Below the pieces are notes generated by a model that saw nothing but the letters and a program-made list of their open reading frames with translations, was not told the DNA's origin and ran no database searches. A stretch of 64,000 nt of DNA, taken from NCBI RefSeq assembly GCF_018977255.1, contig NW_024704743.1:1550001-1614000 (forward strand). The letters are read 5' to 3'. Each line of letters opens with the position of its first letter. The first letter of the stretch is position 1. Below are positions 36,461 through 49,900 of this stretch, piece after piece. The translations under genes and the position numbers were made by a program. Origin of the DNA: Callorhinchus milii. Its lineage: Eukaryota.

Positions 36461-38592
36461 TTTGCCTCTGCATTTGTCCTCAAAGAAGGCCGTCTGTCGT
36501 TAAGCTTACGTCCTGGGAAACATTTCGAATGAGCTGCATGTACCAAGTGCAAAGGTTATTATTGTTATGATTCACGATGGGGGGGTGGGGGGGGATAGAG
36601 CAGAGTTGACGTGCTATACCTGGGGACCTTGTACCAGCAGACTCTTAAAGGGCAGCAGCCTTTCACCGCAAAAAGTGCTCGTCAAAAGGCTTTCTCTTAC
36701 TGTTAGGAAAACTTTCGGTAAGAAGTAAATAATAATAATAATCCTCGCATTTGATTTGCAGCGCCTGATCACGTCTTCAAGACGTGGGGGTGGGCTTCTG
36801 TGCTCCAAACCTTCAAGACAATAAAGTACTAAAACATTCACTCAATCGGTATCTATTAAACCCCTATTACAGGACGCGCGCACACACACTCCCTCAGGAA
36901 CTCTTTAACTTCAGGATGTAGTAAGAGGATGCGTTGGTGCTGATCGCCGCTTCGCTGCAAACAGCCCTCGGAGTTCAGGAAGAGACGTGCCAGGCACAAG
37001 AGGCTGTCTGTCTCCAGCGGCTCTCGGCTGGAACTGGGAATAAAATATGTCCGGATGTCATTGCGGGAGCCAGAGGCGCCGTGTGGCATTGGGGGGTGGG
37101 TGGGGGTGGGGGAATTGTCCTGCATTGTCCCCTGAGGCGGTGGCTAACAGCGCTTGGAGGGGTTAATTACATTTCCACCCAAACAACAGCCACATCGACC
37201 ACGATGTCAGTCTGATCAATACAGAGCTCCGGGCAGGACGGTGAATTTACAGCCACTTCTCTGGGCTTTTGTACCGGGAGCATTTTTTTTAATCCATTCT
37301 CTTTCAGAGAGGAGAGAGCACAAGACTGATAGCTCCCCCCCCCCCCCACAACCCCCCCCCACCCCGAGCCCCCCCCATGCTGGGCTCTGAATACACTTAA
37401 ACATGGCAATTGGCAGCATCGCATGACAACCGCACGCTCTTAAAGGGCAGAAGAAGCCCTTTCACCGCAAACGTGCTTGGCAGACGTCATTTCTTTTTTA
37501 CTGTTAGGAAAACTTGCGGTAGAGATAAATAATAATAATCCGGGCATTTCGATACGGCGCCTTATCGGGTCTTCAAGACGTCTCAAAGCGCTTGAAAGGA
37601 TGCACTGTAAAGTGTATATTTTGTGGGCGAAACGCGGCAGCAGCGTCCCCACAAACAGCCGCGGATTGAGCGACCAAATTATTATTTTTTTTTGAAAGGG
37701 ATTAGTACCTGCATCTAATCCTCTCTGGAATTAGGTTAGTGGGACGTGTGAGTCCAGAGAGAGAGAGAGAGAGAGAGAGTGCGTACGTATTCCAATCCGA
37801 TACGTGGGAATTTCCACGTGTGGCTGGGACGCGCGGAAGCCTCAGTTCGGTTTGGACGGCCACGGGTTTGGGCGCGTGTCGAGGCAGCCGGCTGACGGGA
37901 AAAAAACAAAACAATGGAGATTAAGAACAGCGATAAAACTAAGACTGCTCAAAGACCACCGCAACCGATGTACGTCAGACAGCGAAGGCCACTTGAGGAC
38001 AGCGGTCGCAGGAATCCGTAGTCAATTAGCAGCGTTTCCTGCAACAACTGGTTGAGAGCAAGGTGGAGCACAGTGGGACAGGAAACCGCTTTGTTTTTGA
38101 CTTGGTCCAGTGGAACTCAAGGCAATGTCTCCCATTTTTTTTAATATACAAACTGCGTTTGAGGAAAACATCAATCGCCACAATATTAATATTCCTCGCG
38201 CTTTGATAGAGCGCCTTTTGACGTCAAACATCTCGCACTGCTCGACTGGTAGCTGCTGTCAAGCGAGGAGGTACGGAGTAGCTCCAGGCGAACGCAGTAG
38301 CACAACTTGCACTCAGCAATGTCCCACAACAGCCACAATAATAACTACAATAATGATAATAAACTGTTAATGATTAACTGGCCCTGTTAATAAGACGAGT
38401 CGTGAAATGGCTGGACAAAATAGCCGGCGAACAAACAAACTACCAGCCCTCCGGCCACAAGCAACGATTTTAGTTAGGAAGTTCAAACAGATTTAAGAAC
38501 CGTTCATTCATATGTAACATGGCAGTGTTATGGGTCTGATTGACCATCACTTAGAAATTACCTCTACAGATTGACTTAAACTGCAATAACTT

Positions 38593-38915
38593 ATAATAAT
38601 AATAATAATCCTCGCATTTGATATAGCGCTTTTCACGTCGGGAGGACGTCCCAAAGCGCTTCACAGAACACACTGTAAAGTGAAGTGGCTGTATGTTTGT
38701 GGGCGAACGCGGCAGCCAATTGCGCACAACAATGTCCCACAAACAGTCGTGGGTTGAAAATGACCAATTTATTATTGTTTTTGGTTTTGGAGGATTATTA
38801 TTAGGCTCTGTGTGGAGTAAGGAAACTTGCCCGAGGTTTCACCCTCTGCCTGGAATTGAACTCAGGTCTCTCACTCGCAGAGCGAGTGCTCTAACCACTG
38901 AGCCACAGGACTCCA
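38593..38915 (-). mobile_element. tRNA-headed SINE, internally deleted subfamily with L2-like tail
   Basis: Closely matches 9535-9865. Confidence 0.88.
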
Positions 38916-39289
38916 GGACTTCAACATCATCGTCATATCTTATCACAGTAGTTTAAAGGTGCACTTGGAACTCTCATATTATTATGCAGAGTACCAAGTA
39001 CACCTTTAAATAGTGAACAGCCCTTTCTGCCATCCCTGTTTCACGCCATTTGCGGCTGAGCTCCCACCACTTCTATTTCTTTCTGCTATTAAGTTCTGTC
39101 CAAACTCCCTTTCCATTTCTCTTCGGTTCCTAAATCCTACCTCTCCGACCAACTTGCCTCCAACCCCCACTTCCCAGGTTGCCAGGTCGTAAACACCGTC
39201 CCTTGTAAAGGGCACTGTACCATCTCCGAAGTTAATAATAATTAACTTAATTATAATAATAATAATAATAATTAACTAATAATAATTAA

Positions 39290-39640
39290 CTCAACGCCTT
39301 ATCACGGCGTTGAGACGACTCAAAGCGCTTTGCAGGATGTAGTGAATTGACTGTATAGTTTGTGGATAAAACGCAGCAGCCGATTGCGCACAGCAGCGTC
39401 CCCACAAACAGCCGTGGATTGAGTGACCAAATTATTATTTATTTGGAGGGATTATTAGCTCCAGAAGGCAACCTGCCAATCGGACTATCAACCAGGATCC
39501 TACCTACTGCTCGGTAACCAGGTGTGTGTGCGTGTGTGTGTGTGGAGTGAGGAAACTTGCCTAACATTTTGCTCTGCCCAGGAATTGAACCCAGGTCCTC
39601 TCGCTCGCGAGTGCTCTATCCACTGTGGGTGCAAGGCTCC
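39290..39640 (-). mobile_element. tRNA-headed SINE
   Basis: Family head, core and tail. Confidence 0.82.
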
Positions 39641-39819
39641 GCAGAACTCTACCTTAAAGAAAAATGGTTTAGTACAATACAATTTACATTTACACAGCGG
39701 GGGATGAGGAAAGATGGCTGAAAGCGCGGTCGGGGGGTGGGGGGGGAATCCTTTCACGGAAACAACAAAAAAAGGAAATTTGAACAATTAGCCTCACGCA
39801 CACACTTTGAAACATAATA

Positions 39820-39825
39820 TTTATT
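39820..39825 (-). terminator. Candidate polyadenylation signal, possibly ending a long MINDY4 3' UTR
   Basis: AATAAA on - followed by GU/U-rich sequence (gtgtgtgcgtg...tttttttgttgttt) in unique sequence. Confidence 0.35.
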
Positions 39826-40664
39826 AAAATATACAGAATTATAATACACTGTATTCACACTTACTGGGCTGGCGTACATTTTAGAGACTGAACACAAACG
39901 GTCAACGAGAAAAGCTGAAGTACTGGCGGGTGACAACACAAGAGGGTATGCCCTGGTTTTGTGGCAAGCGCAAAAATACCGTAATTTGCCTCGTCAAAGC
40001 AAAATACTTCCAAGGCGAAGTCATTAATTACCGGATGTAAACGGGCATACCTTTGTGCGTGGAGCAGTCTGCAACCACCTGAATTAACCTTTTGCCTCCA
40101 TTGCCCAAAGCTTCAGTTTGATTCCTGATAAAAACGTAGCCTTCATTGAAATGGAAGTGTAACATATCCAGGTGTACGGTTCAACAGCCAAACGAGACAG
40201 GCGTCACGATATTTGTGTTACTGAGAAATAATAAAGGATGAGGAGGGTGTTTTTCCAGGTCTAATTCTACCATACGATAGGTACATATGATATAATAATA
40301 ATCCTTGATTTGATACAGCGTCTTATCACGTCTTTGAGACGTCTCAAAGCGCATCACCTTGACCGGTTAGTCAGTGCGCTCTATCGATGTGAACAGAGTG
40401 AATACCGGTGGTGAGTTCAGAATGAACACACAGAGAAACTCGGACTACAGCCCTGATAGTACACTGGTTAGAAATGGGAGCTCTGTCTGCTGTTTGCTGC
40501 TCTCTTGTCAGGTCTGTATCGCGAGGGTAAATTTGGACTGAACTTCCCAGTTTTGAACGGCAAAACAAAGCCAAGATTCCTGCTCCTGGTCCCTGTGCAG
40601 GACACGCCACTGGTAGCGTGTGTTCGTGTGTGTGTGTGTGTGGGAGGTAAGCAGGGTCTCCTCG

Positions 40665-41185
40665 GGGCTGAACTGGCTGCAAGGTGACATGTATGGAATG
40701 AAGTCCACCCTCTGTGATGGTCTCTAGTCCTGTTTCTGAGCCAGGCAAGTCCACAGATTGCCAGGGCACGGCTGGTCTCAGCCCAGTCCAGCATGGCTCA
40801 TCGGTAGGACCTGGAAGGGCAGACCAGTCACTGGGGGTAGGGATTCCTCCCATTCAGCTCCTGGTAACCCTACAAACCAAAGCCCTAACGGGTAAGGTGG
40901 TCCTAGTTGGATTAGCAATGGGAAAGCTTGCCAGACAGCGCTCTCAATGGCAAGCATTACGGTTTTAGCTGGATAGACTCCAGCAGTTACCCCAACATAC
41001 ACTCTGGGTTCCCCCCCAAGCCTTGGTTCTTGCCAACCTGCAATGGAGACTTTCCCTCTCGGGAGAGAGAGAGAGAGTGCGCGTTCCATTCCAACAAATA
41101 TTTCCATGTGTAGTTGGGAACAGATGGAACTCTCAGTTTGGTTTGGATACTCTAACACATGCTGATGGGTTTCCGAACGTGTCAC
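40665..41185 (+). repeat. Unclassified ~550-bp interspersed repeat (longest copy)
   Basis: Homologous segments at ~7905-8218(-), 9870-10238(-), 10670-10975(+), 23010-23118(+), 24795-25310(-), 27045-27170(+), 37715-37882(+), 41960-42105(-) and 59198-59480(-). Confidence 0.85.
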
Positions 41186-43892
41186 CTGCACGTGGGGAGG
41201 GGAAGGTTGACGGAAGAAGCAAAAGCGGCTATAAGGTGACAAAATTTTTGCCGTATGACAAAAAAAAAAGACATTTGTATAGCGTCTTCCACGTCGGGAG
41301 AATCAATCGTTTAACTCAATTGCTTATTGGTTATTTTATGTTTTATTGAATTCCGGGGGTCTTTCCTGGTCGGCCTTGTTCTGTGGCTGTTAGGGATGGC
41401 ACCATTTACACTTCTCTATATAAAACATAGCAGCCAACACTGCTGGTATCTGTTCCCCTCCCCCCCGCCAATATATTATGGGAGCAATAATAGTGGGAAG
41501 AGTTTTCAGGACGTGGATGGCAGTATCAATGGTAGACAGGCTATTGCACTATTGCCTGTTTAAAGCGGAGGCTTGTTCCCCCGTTGATTTATTCACTGCA
41601 CGTTCCACTCTGCTTGGTCAAAAGAACTAACTGGATAAAGGAGAGGTTTTGCTTCCCACGGGTCCCCAGCGATATGCTTTAACGAGAAAGCCTAACTCAT
41701 CTTTGTCAGGCTATTCAGTGAAAGTGGACTTGGCTTTCACCCTTGCCATTGTGGAGGAGGCTCCTCTCTCCTCTGCGGGGTCTAATTGCCAAGGCCAAGC
41801 AGGAGGGAAGTCAATGCGCTGGCACTCTCCAGAGTTGCTCCCAGCGCCTCCCTCCCTCCTTGCACACAAATTCCTGAATCAGGCACCAACTGATTTTTTT
41901 TCTTTTAAAAACAGGAACTCAACAAATCTTTGGAAATTGAATGAATTCAGGATTAGGGAGCCCAGGGTGTGCGTTGGGGTAACTGCTGAAGTCTAACCAG
42001 CTAACACCGCATAGCTCGCCATTGATAACGCTGTCTGACAAGCTTTCCCGCTGCTTGTCCAGCTAGGACCACCCTCACCATCAGTTAGGGCTTTGGCTTG
42101 CAGGGTGATGAGTTGAAAATGTCACAGGAGATTTTTGGGCAGTTGGATGAGGAGCTGGATGGATCAGCTACTGACTGAAACTGTGACTGAGTTACAACTA
42201 AAATAATAGATGACCACGCCCTGGGCAAGCACGCAATTCATTTCATTTGCTCTCTAAAAGGTATCAAATATATAAATATATATTCTTTTAACTCGTAACT
42301 GCTTACCTAAACTCACCTGATGAAGTGGAAGCGGCCTAACCTGAGTGCTGACGATCAAAGCGTTACGTGACGGTAACTTATCGACATACAGTACGTTTCA
42401 CAAAAGTGCAGCATTTATAAATCAGTATTTTTCTGACCTCCGAAATATCTATAGTCTTAGCCTGAAGACCGTTGTATTTTAGAAAATTCTTGAAGCCAGT
42501 GTTAATTCTGGAGCTGATTTTCTGCAGGTCCTATCAATCAGAGAACACACTCGACCCACAGTATATTGAGGTGTGCAAGAGAGAGAGTAGAGTGTGAGAC
42601 AGACAGAGAGGTAAGGACTCACCAGGAAGTGCAGGTACTCACCATGAGTGACGAACCTGACACCCCCTGTGGGTGTTGACCAGCTCTATAACACACTCCA
42701 ATCATAACACAAGGTCTTATTCCAAGGACCTCACCTGTTATAACTGAGCGGATCTCTATTCTCTATCCTGTGATTATATTCTGACACTGGTCTTAAGGCT
42801 AATACTGTGAGGTATTTTGGACCTCGGGTTTGCCCACACAGCTCCCAGGTGGGTCTGCCTTCACAAAGCTATTGGAGGTTTGGGGTTTGCTACAATACTA
42901 AGGCACAGGAAGCGAATGAACATCCCAAGATCCCTATTATTCTGCGGCGTTTGAGGGACATTACAACCACTGAAAAGCTCATACCTACATGAAACGGCTG
43001 CTTTCAGTTCATTGAGACGAAGCCAATGGCACATTCAATACAGCAACATTGGCTCAACGCTAACAGCTTGCACTTAATACAGAGCCTTTCACATAAGATA
43101 CATGTCTTCACGCCCTGTACAAAGACATTGAGCATGGAGGAGAGAAAGGGTTTGAGTGTGGACCAAAGGCACGGTCGAAGAGGTACATGTGTGAAGGCAG
43201 GAAGAGAAAGCGGGCAAGGCAGAGGGATTTGGGTGAGTTCCACAGAGTGGGGATAGATAGGGGAGGGAGGGAGAGTGAGGGAAAGGGGCGGAGGTGCAAA
43301 AGTAATTGCTTGCGATCAAATAACTGATCGCGGTTCAAGTTCCTATCTCGGCACGTTTCAAAAATAAGATTTTTTAAAAAAAAACTTGACCCAAGTGTGA
43401 GCCTCTCAAAATGCTGTTTTCCAACAAAAAAAATCCTGTCCAGATCATCCCTTAACACCTCCTGCTATTACCGCAGGGAAAGGGGAGTCATTGTCCACCC
43501 CACCATCATCTATAAAACATCCCCTCACCTGTAACCGTGGAAAAAGAAGTCTCTGCTCCCTGGGAACAGATGGCTTAAAGCACCCGTGTACAGAGCGAGA
43601 GAGAGAGAGAGAGACTGTAATGTTAGAGATGTGTCTGCGAGCTGGCGAGGGTACATTTTACCCCGATGGCTGACAATACAAGAGGCCTTCTGCCCCCTTC
43701 CCTTTCCAGCCTCCGGGGGCGTTTGGAAGAAAGAGGGGGTAGAGAGTGCGTCAGATGCAAGCTGTTATTCCGAGCCGTTCTGATATTATCTACAGCGAAA
43801 TGAAGGCTCGCTTATTGACTCATGCATCCAATAGCCCCATGGCCGTGTTCCACGCTTGATTTCACAGGTACATGCAATGCAGTCCATGTGGT

Positions 43893-43941
43893 TTACAGGA
43901 TTGGCTCTGTTCCGTTCCAGTCTATGACTGCTCCCTTCCAC
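43893..43941 (-). CDS. MINDY4: MINDY4 terminal coding exon ([15 protein letters not shown])
   Basis: ttgtgcag acceptor; TAA at 43895-43893. Confidence 0.92.
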
Positions 43942-46900
43942 CTGCACAAAACAAATCAAAGACGTATCAAAGCAGATTATTATAGTTGCTGCTAAATTAT
44001 TTTACTTTCAAGTCGACCCAATGTACAGTCACACCACTTTACAGCGTATCCTGTGAAGCGCTTTGAGACGTTCCGAAGACGTGATAAGGCACTGTATCAA
44101 ATGCCAGGATTTATTATTGTTATTATGTTATGTACACTTGGCGCCCAGCAAGAGAAATCATGAGAATCCCACCTGATATTACGCACACGGAATTCTCTAC
44201 TGCCAAGGCCATCCATCAATTCTTTTTATAATAATAAAATAGAATAATCCTTGCACTAGATTCAGTGTCTTCAGTACACTCTACCCTTTTCCCTTTCAAA
44301 CAGTGTACGTGAAATAATGAATAAAAATAATCCTTGCATTTGATACTGTACGTTTTGCATTACGAGGACTTCTCAAAACACTACACAGGATTTACTGTAA
44401 AGTCCGGGTTCAAATTAATTTGCTGGTGGCATCGTCCCACAAAGTGCAATTGAGTGAATGATTCATTTTATTTTGGGGATTGTCGGCCAGGTCACCGGGA
44501 GAGAGAAACTCCCTTCCTCCAGCGCTTTGGGACATCCTCCTAATGTGAAAGGCGCGAAACAAATGTAATGTTAATTTGTTGTTGTTCGCTTTTCAGCTTG
44601 TGTCACCAGATCTTTAACCTCCACCTGAACAGACAGACGGGACCTTGTTTTAATGTCTCATCTGAAGGATGGACAGCACTTCCAACATTGTAGTGAGTTC
44701 CCCAGCCCTGTTGTGCAGTGCAGCCTAGACTATGTGAATTCTAAGGGGCTTGAACCCCAACCTTCTGACTCAAGAGGCGAGAGTACAACTCACTGAGCCA
44801 GGCCAACACAAATAGATTAGAAGAGACTAAATGCCAACTAGCACCTCAGCCAAGTATCTACTATTCATGTGTTAGGCTTGACTTTGGGTGTCACAGCCAA
44901 GCCAGAGATCTCTCCAGGTGGTCTTAGTAATAATAATTATTAAGGTGCCACATAAAAGGTTAGTCCAAAAGATAAGGACCCATGGAATTGGGGGGAGCAT
45001 ATTAACGTGGATTGGGGAATGGTTAACGGGTAGGAAACAAAGAGTAGGGATAAACGGGTCCTTTTCAGATTGGCGGGATGTGACTAGTGGAGTGCCACAA
45101 GGATCAGTCCTTGGGCCTCAGCTATTTACCATCTACATCAACGATCTTGATGAGGACATCGAAGTTAATACATCTAAATTCGCAGATGACACAAAACTAG
45201 GAGGAAGTGTCAACACAGAGGACGACATTAAAAAAATGCAGTGAGACATAGATAGGTTAGGTGATTGGGCAGGTAGGTGGGACATGAATGTAGGGAAGCG
45301 TGAAGACATCCACCTCGGTAGCAAAAACAGTAAAGCAGGTTATTTTTTAGAAGGGGAGAGACTGGAATGTGTTAGCGTCCAGAGGGACTTGGGTGTCCTT
45401 GTACACCAATCACAGAAAGTTAGTCTGTGGGTGCAGCAGCAATTAGGAGGTGAACGGTATGTTAGTATTCATTATGAAAGGATTAGAGTATAAGAGTAGG
45501 GAAGTCTTGCTGCAACTGTATAGGGTCCTGGTGAGACCACACCTGGAATACTGTGTGCAGTTTTGGTCTCCTTATTTAAGGAAGGATGTACTTGCCTTGG
45601 AGGGGGTGCAGCGTAGATTTACTCGGTTAGTGCCAGGGATGAAGGGGATGAGTTACGAGGATAGGCTGACCAATTTGGGGCTATATTCTCTAGAATATAG
45701 AAGAATTAGAGGGGATTCTTATAGAAACCTATAAGATCATCAAAGGGCATGATAGAGTAGATAGTGGGAGATTGTTTCCCCTGATTGGAGAAACTAAAAC
45801 CAGGGGTCACAACCTTAAAATCAGAGGCCAACCCTTTCGCACTGAGTTGAGGAAGAACTTCTTCACTCAAGGACAGTGAATGTATGGAACTCACTACCCC
45901 AAAGGGCTGTTGACGCTCAGTCCTTGAACATAGTCAAGACTGAGATAGATAGATTTCTTATTGCTAAAGGGATTAAGGGATATGGGGATAAGGCAGCGTC
46001 AGGTTATTAGATGGAGTTAGATTAGAAGATCAGCCATGATTGAATGGCGGGGCAGGCTCGAAGGGCCGAATGGTCCACTCCTGCTCCTACATGTTATGTT
46101 ATCATGTCATTGAGACGTCTCAAAGCGCTTCACAGGATTTAAAGTGAATTGACTGTCTATTTTATGGGAGAAACGCGGCAGCCAATTACGCACAGCAGCG
46201 TCCCACAAAGTCATGGATTGAATTGATCAAATTGTTATATTTTTATTTGGCAGAATTATCACCCCCGGCAAAAGCGATCCGCCAATCGACTAACAACCGG
46301 ATTTCCACTTACTGTTAGGTACAGAGTAAGGAAATTTGCCCAACGTTTCGCCCTGGATGGGAATTGAACTCAGGTCCTCTCGCTTGTGAGTGCTCTCTCT
46401 AACCACTAAACTACAGGACTCCACCGAGCTCAGTGGGGCTGAAGAACCCAGTTGCAATGAAATCAGTTAACTCAACAGGGTTATGAACCCAAGACCCTTC
46501 TGTGTGGCCCTTGCTGCAGCAGCACTAGTTCTGGAATGAATAGACTGTAAACAGAATGCAGCATGGAATTGCTTATCTGGCTTTACCACTGTACCCCTGC
46601 GCCTGTTCAAAGGGATTCAAGTCACTCCATCATGATGGGCCGAATGGTTCTGTGCTGCAAATCTTCTAAACATGACACCACTGGGACCAGTGGAGATATT
46701 TCTTATATCAACAGACTTGCCATGTGTTAAACGTGCTTAAGGTGTCTGGAATTTGTCCAGTGTGGAAAATCTATAACAGGGAGCCTTTAATGTTTGGCAG
46801 ATAAATGCACTCAGCAAGGGATGTGGTAAATAACGTCACCATTCTCTCTCCCCTGACAGCCTTGATATCTTTAGATAGGAAACAAAAGGTTAGCTGAAAA

Positions 46901-49900
46901 GGTAAGACTTAATAACGATTATGATAATCCTTGCAGTTAACGCAGCGCCTTATCACGTCTTCGAGACGTCTCAACGAACACGCTGTAAAGTGAATCTGAC
47001 TGTATATTTTGTGGGCGAAACTTAGTGCAAAAATGTCCCCACAGCTGTTCAAACTGTGTCTATAGGTCACTGGCTGTACTGAGGCAAGTCACTCACTTTG
47101 TCCTGATGCAGTTTTCGAGTGGCGGAATCAAATCATCTTCCCTGGTCACCACGCACGTCTGAGGCGCATCTGATAGAGACAAATAATTATCCTAATAATT
47201 AACCTCATCGAATGCTCCCGAGAATAGCAAAAGCAACGAAAAATGAGAACTCGATTCTTAACTTGTTAGCTTGATCTCCGTATCCTCGACCCCTCTACTA
47301 CCATCGGAGGTCGAGCTTTTATTGACTAAGCCACTAACTAACTAAGCTATGGAACTCCCTGCCTCAATCCCTCTGCCTTTCCACCACCCCACCGCCATCT
47401 ATACCAACAATAATAATCCTCTGCTGTACTTTGAACTGAGATTTAACTGAGATTGAAGATTTAAGTGAACACAGACCTATTGTCAGTCGGATTTCATCCT
47501 GTTGGTTCGCCAGGCCGTCATAGTAGTACATGTCAAATTTCCTCTCGAATTTCCAGTCGTTCATTAACTCCTTCTTCAAGCTGAACAACACACTGAAGTG
47601 ACTTTCACTGCAGACCACCCAAATCGGAAACCTTGGAGTTTTCAGGTAGGATCCCACCTATACAATAAATACAATAACAAAATTACAATGTCCAAGGCGC
47701 TGGACAGAGGGATTTGGACCCGGGCAGGAGTTGATGAGGTCTGTGAGTAGAGGGGCAAGGAGGTGAAGCTGGGCTCCACCGCATGTAACCCTCTTGGGCT
47801 ACATGACTCAGTTCCGCAAAGGACAATACATACCCTTTACCAACTGAGTCATCAACTGAGAGTCTGGCTGATACCGATGCAGTATTGCTATTTTACAATG
47901 TTGAAGTATCTTTATAGTCAGTATCAGCACTGATCAGATATCTAGTATTTATGTTAATTTGCCAAAGAAAATCAGAACACTGAGGTACTATGTTATGAAA
48001 TAGTTATCACATTTGCCAGAAACATTGTGCAACACAATAGACAATCAATACGTAATAATAAAAATAAATAAACCTTGCGTGTGATACAATGCATATAAAG
48101 TAGAAATGTTTCAAACCATTTCATTGGTTGAGATGTGATCTCTGGAATCAAAAGTTTGACTGCAAATTGGGATAATAATAATAATAATAATCCTTGCATT
48201 TGATATGCCGCCTTTCACAATGAGCCCAAACCACTTCATTGCTTACTGGCATGCAATGCTTGTGTGTTTTGTGGGGGAAACACGGCAGCCAATTTGCGCA
48301 CAGCAACGTCCCACGAACAACTACGGAGTGAGTGACCAATTTATTTGTGGGATTGTTGACCAAGACACTAAGGAGAGAGAAACTCCCTTCTCTTTTTTCG
48401 AAAAAAGCTAAGGGATCTTTTAACGTTCTCCTGAACAGGCAGTCAGCTTAGCATCTCAGTTTAACATCTCATCCGAAGAATTGGCACCTTTGACAATCAG
48501 AACATCCGTTGGATGCAACTACAAACCAGCAAACCATCCAGTTCAATCCTCAACTCTCCTTGTTCCCTCACATCTGTTCTTTGACCAAGACCAAGACTGC
48601 ACTATTCAAATGTGCTACTTGCTGGTGCCTCCACCATCCATAAAGTCCACAAAACTCCACCACCCTAATCCTCCACAGGACTAACTCCACATTGCCTCTC
48701 ACTCCAGTCCTCTGTCTCCCAGCAGATCAATTTCAAAGCCTCACCTACAAATCCCTTCCCACTCCAACACTGCCCTATCTCACTGATCTCTTACCCCACA
48801 CCCTGTCCTCATCCCCTCTGCTCGGCTAATTCAAGCTTGCTGCACGTTCATTCCAAACATCTCTGGTAGCCAAGTTTTCACCTACGGTGCCCCTAATCTC
48901 TTGAACTGCCTCCCATTATGCTCTATCCCTCCCCATCTTGATCTGTCTTCATGTGCTGCCTTGAAACCTAGCTCTTTGACCTTTGAGCACATACCGAAGG
49001 AGAGAAAGTGGCATGTGATATTATCATCAGCATTAATTATCACCACAAAAAATGCAGTCAAGAGCAATCAGTAATTATTACAGTGCTCGGGGAGAGGGTT
49101 GAACTCAACTGCGGATAGTACTGTGAACACAGGGCTAGAAATATAAGTGCAAGTTGATGTTGTTGAAATAATCATCAACTACTTCTGCCCGTAGTTTGTG
49201 ACCAATACGATAAATATCGCTGATATCACATGGTGTATTTTTATGTAGAGATATAAGTGATAAGTGACATAAGTGATGGCAGTCCAATTCTCTCGTCCCT
49301 TAGAAAGGTTTTGCAAGAGTATTAAGGGATATGGAAGTGGGATGGGGGAAGTGATGTGCTCTATTGGACCAAAATATATCTTTGCAATCTACACGACAGA
49401 CCACAGTAAAATCAGATCTCACTATCTCAATGACAAATCCCAAAAGGTGGGGGCAGAGAGGCTGAGGCCCGACTGCCAATGGTTGGGCCGACCGGGCTGG
49501 GGACGTGAAGTAGAGGGAGCAGACGGATCAATATGGAAGTACTCTCTGGGGACTGCACCCCTGGAAACAAGTATAGGGGTACTTGGAGGAGAGGGCTTAA
49601 CTCCCGAACTATTACCCGCTTCGGACTACAGTTCTGGTCAATGTGCTAATTAGCACGTGCCACACTCTCTCCCACAGAGTTACAGAAACATCGGGGAAAA
49701 GGGGGCTCGGAAGTTGGATTGATCCGGTCAAAAGGTGGATTTAGAAAAAAAACAGGTACAACACCTTCTCTGCTGAAAAATGCGATGATTCTATTGAGGT
49801 TCTCTGCCCAATGAGGGTGGGTGGTGTGGGAAAGACAAAAGAGAGATCGTAATCAGTGATTGGGATCTTAACTGCATTTTTCCAGCTCTTTCTGGTTCTC

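Noticed and set aside
42315..42450. CTGATGA...GAAA hammerhead-ribozyme-like words
   Set aside because: I could not build convincing stems around the core; an Rfam covariance search would be needed.
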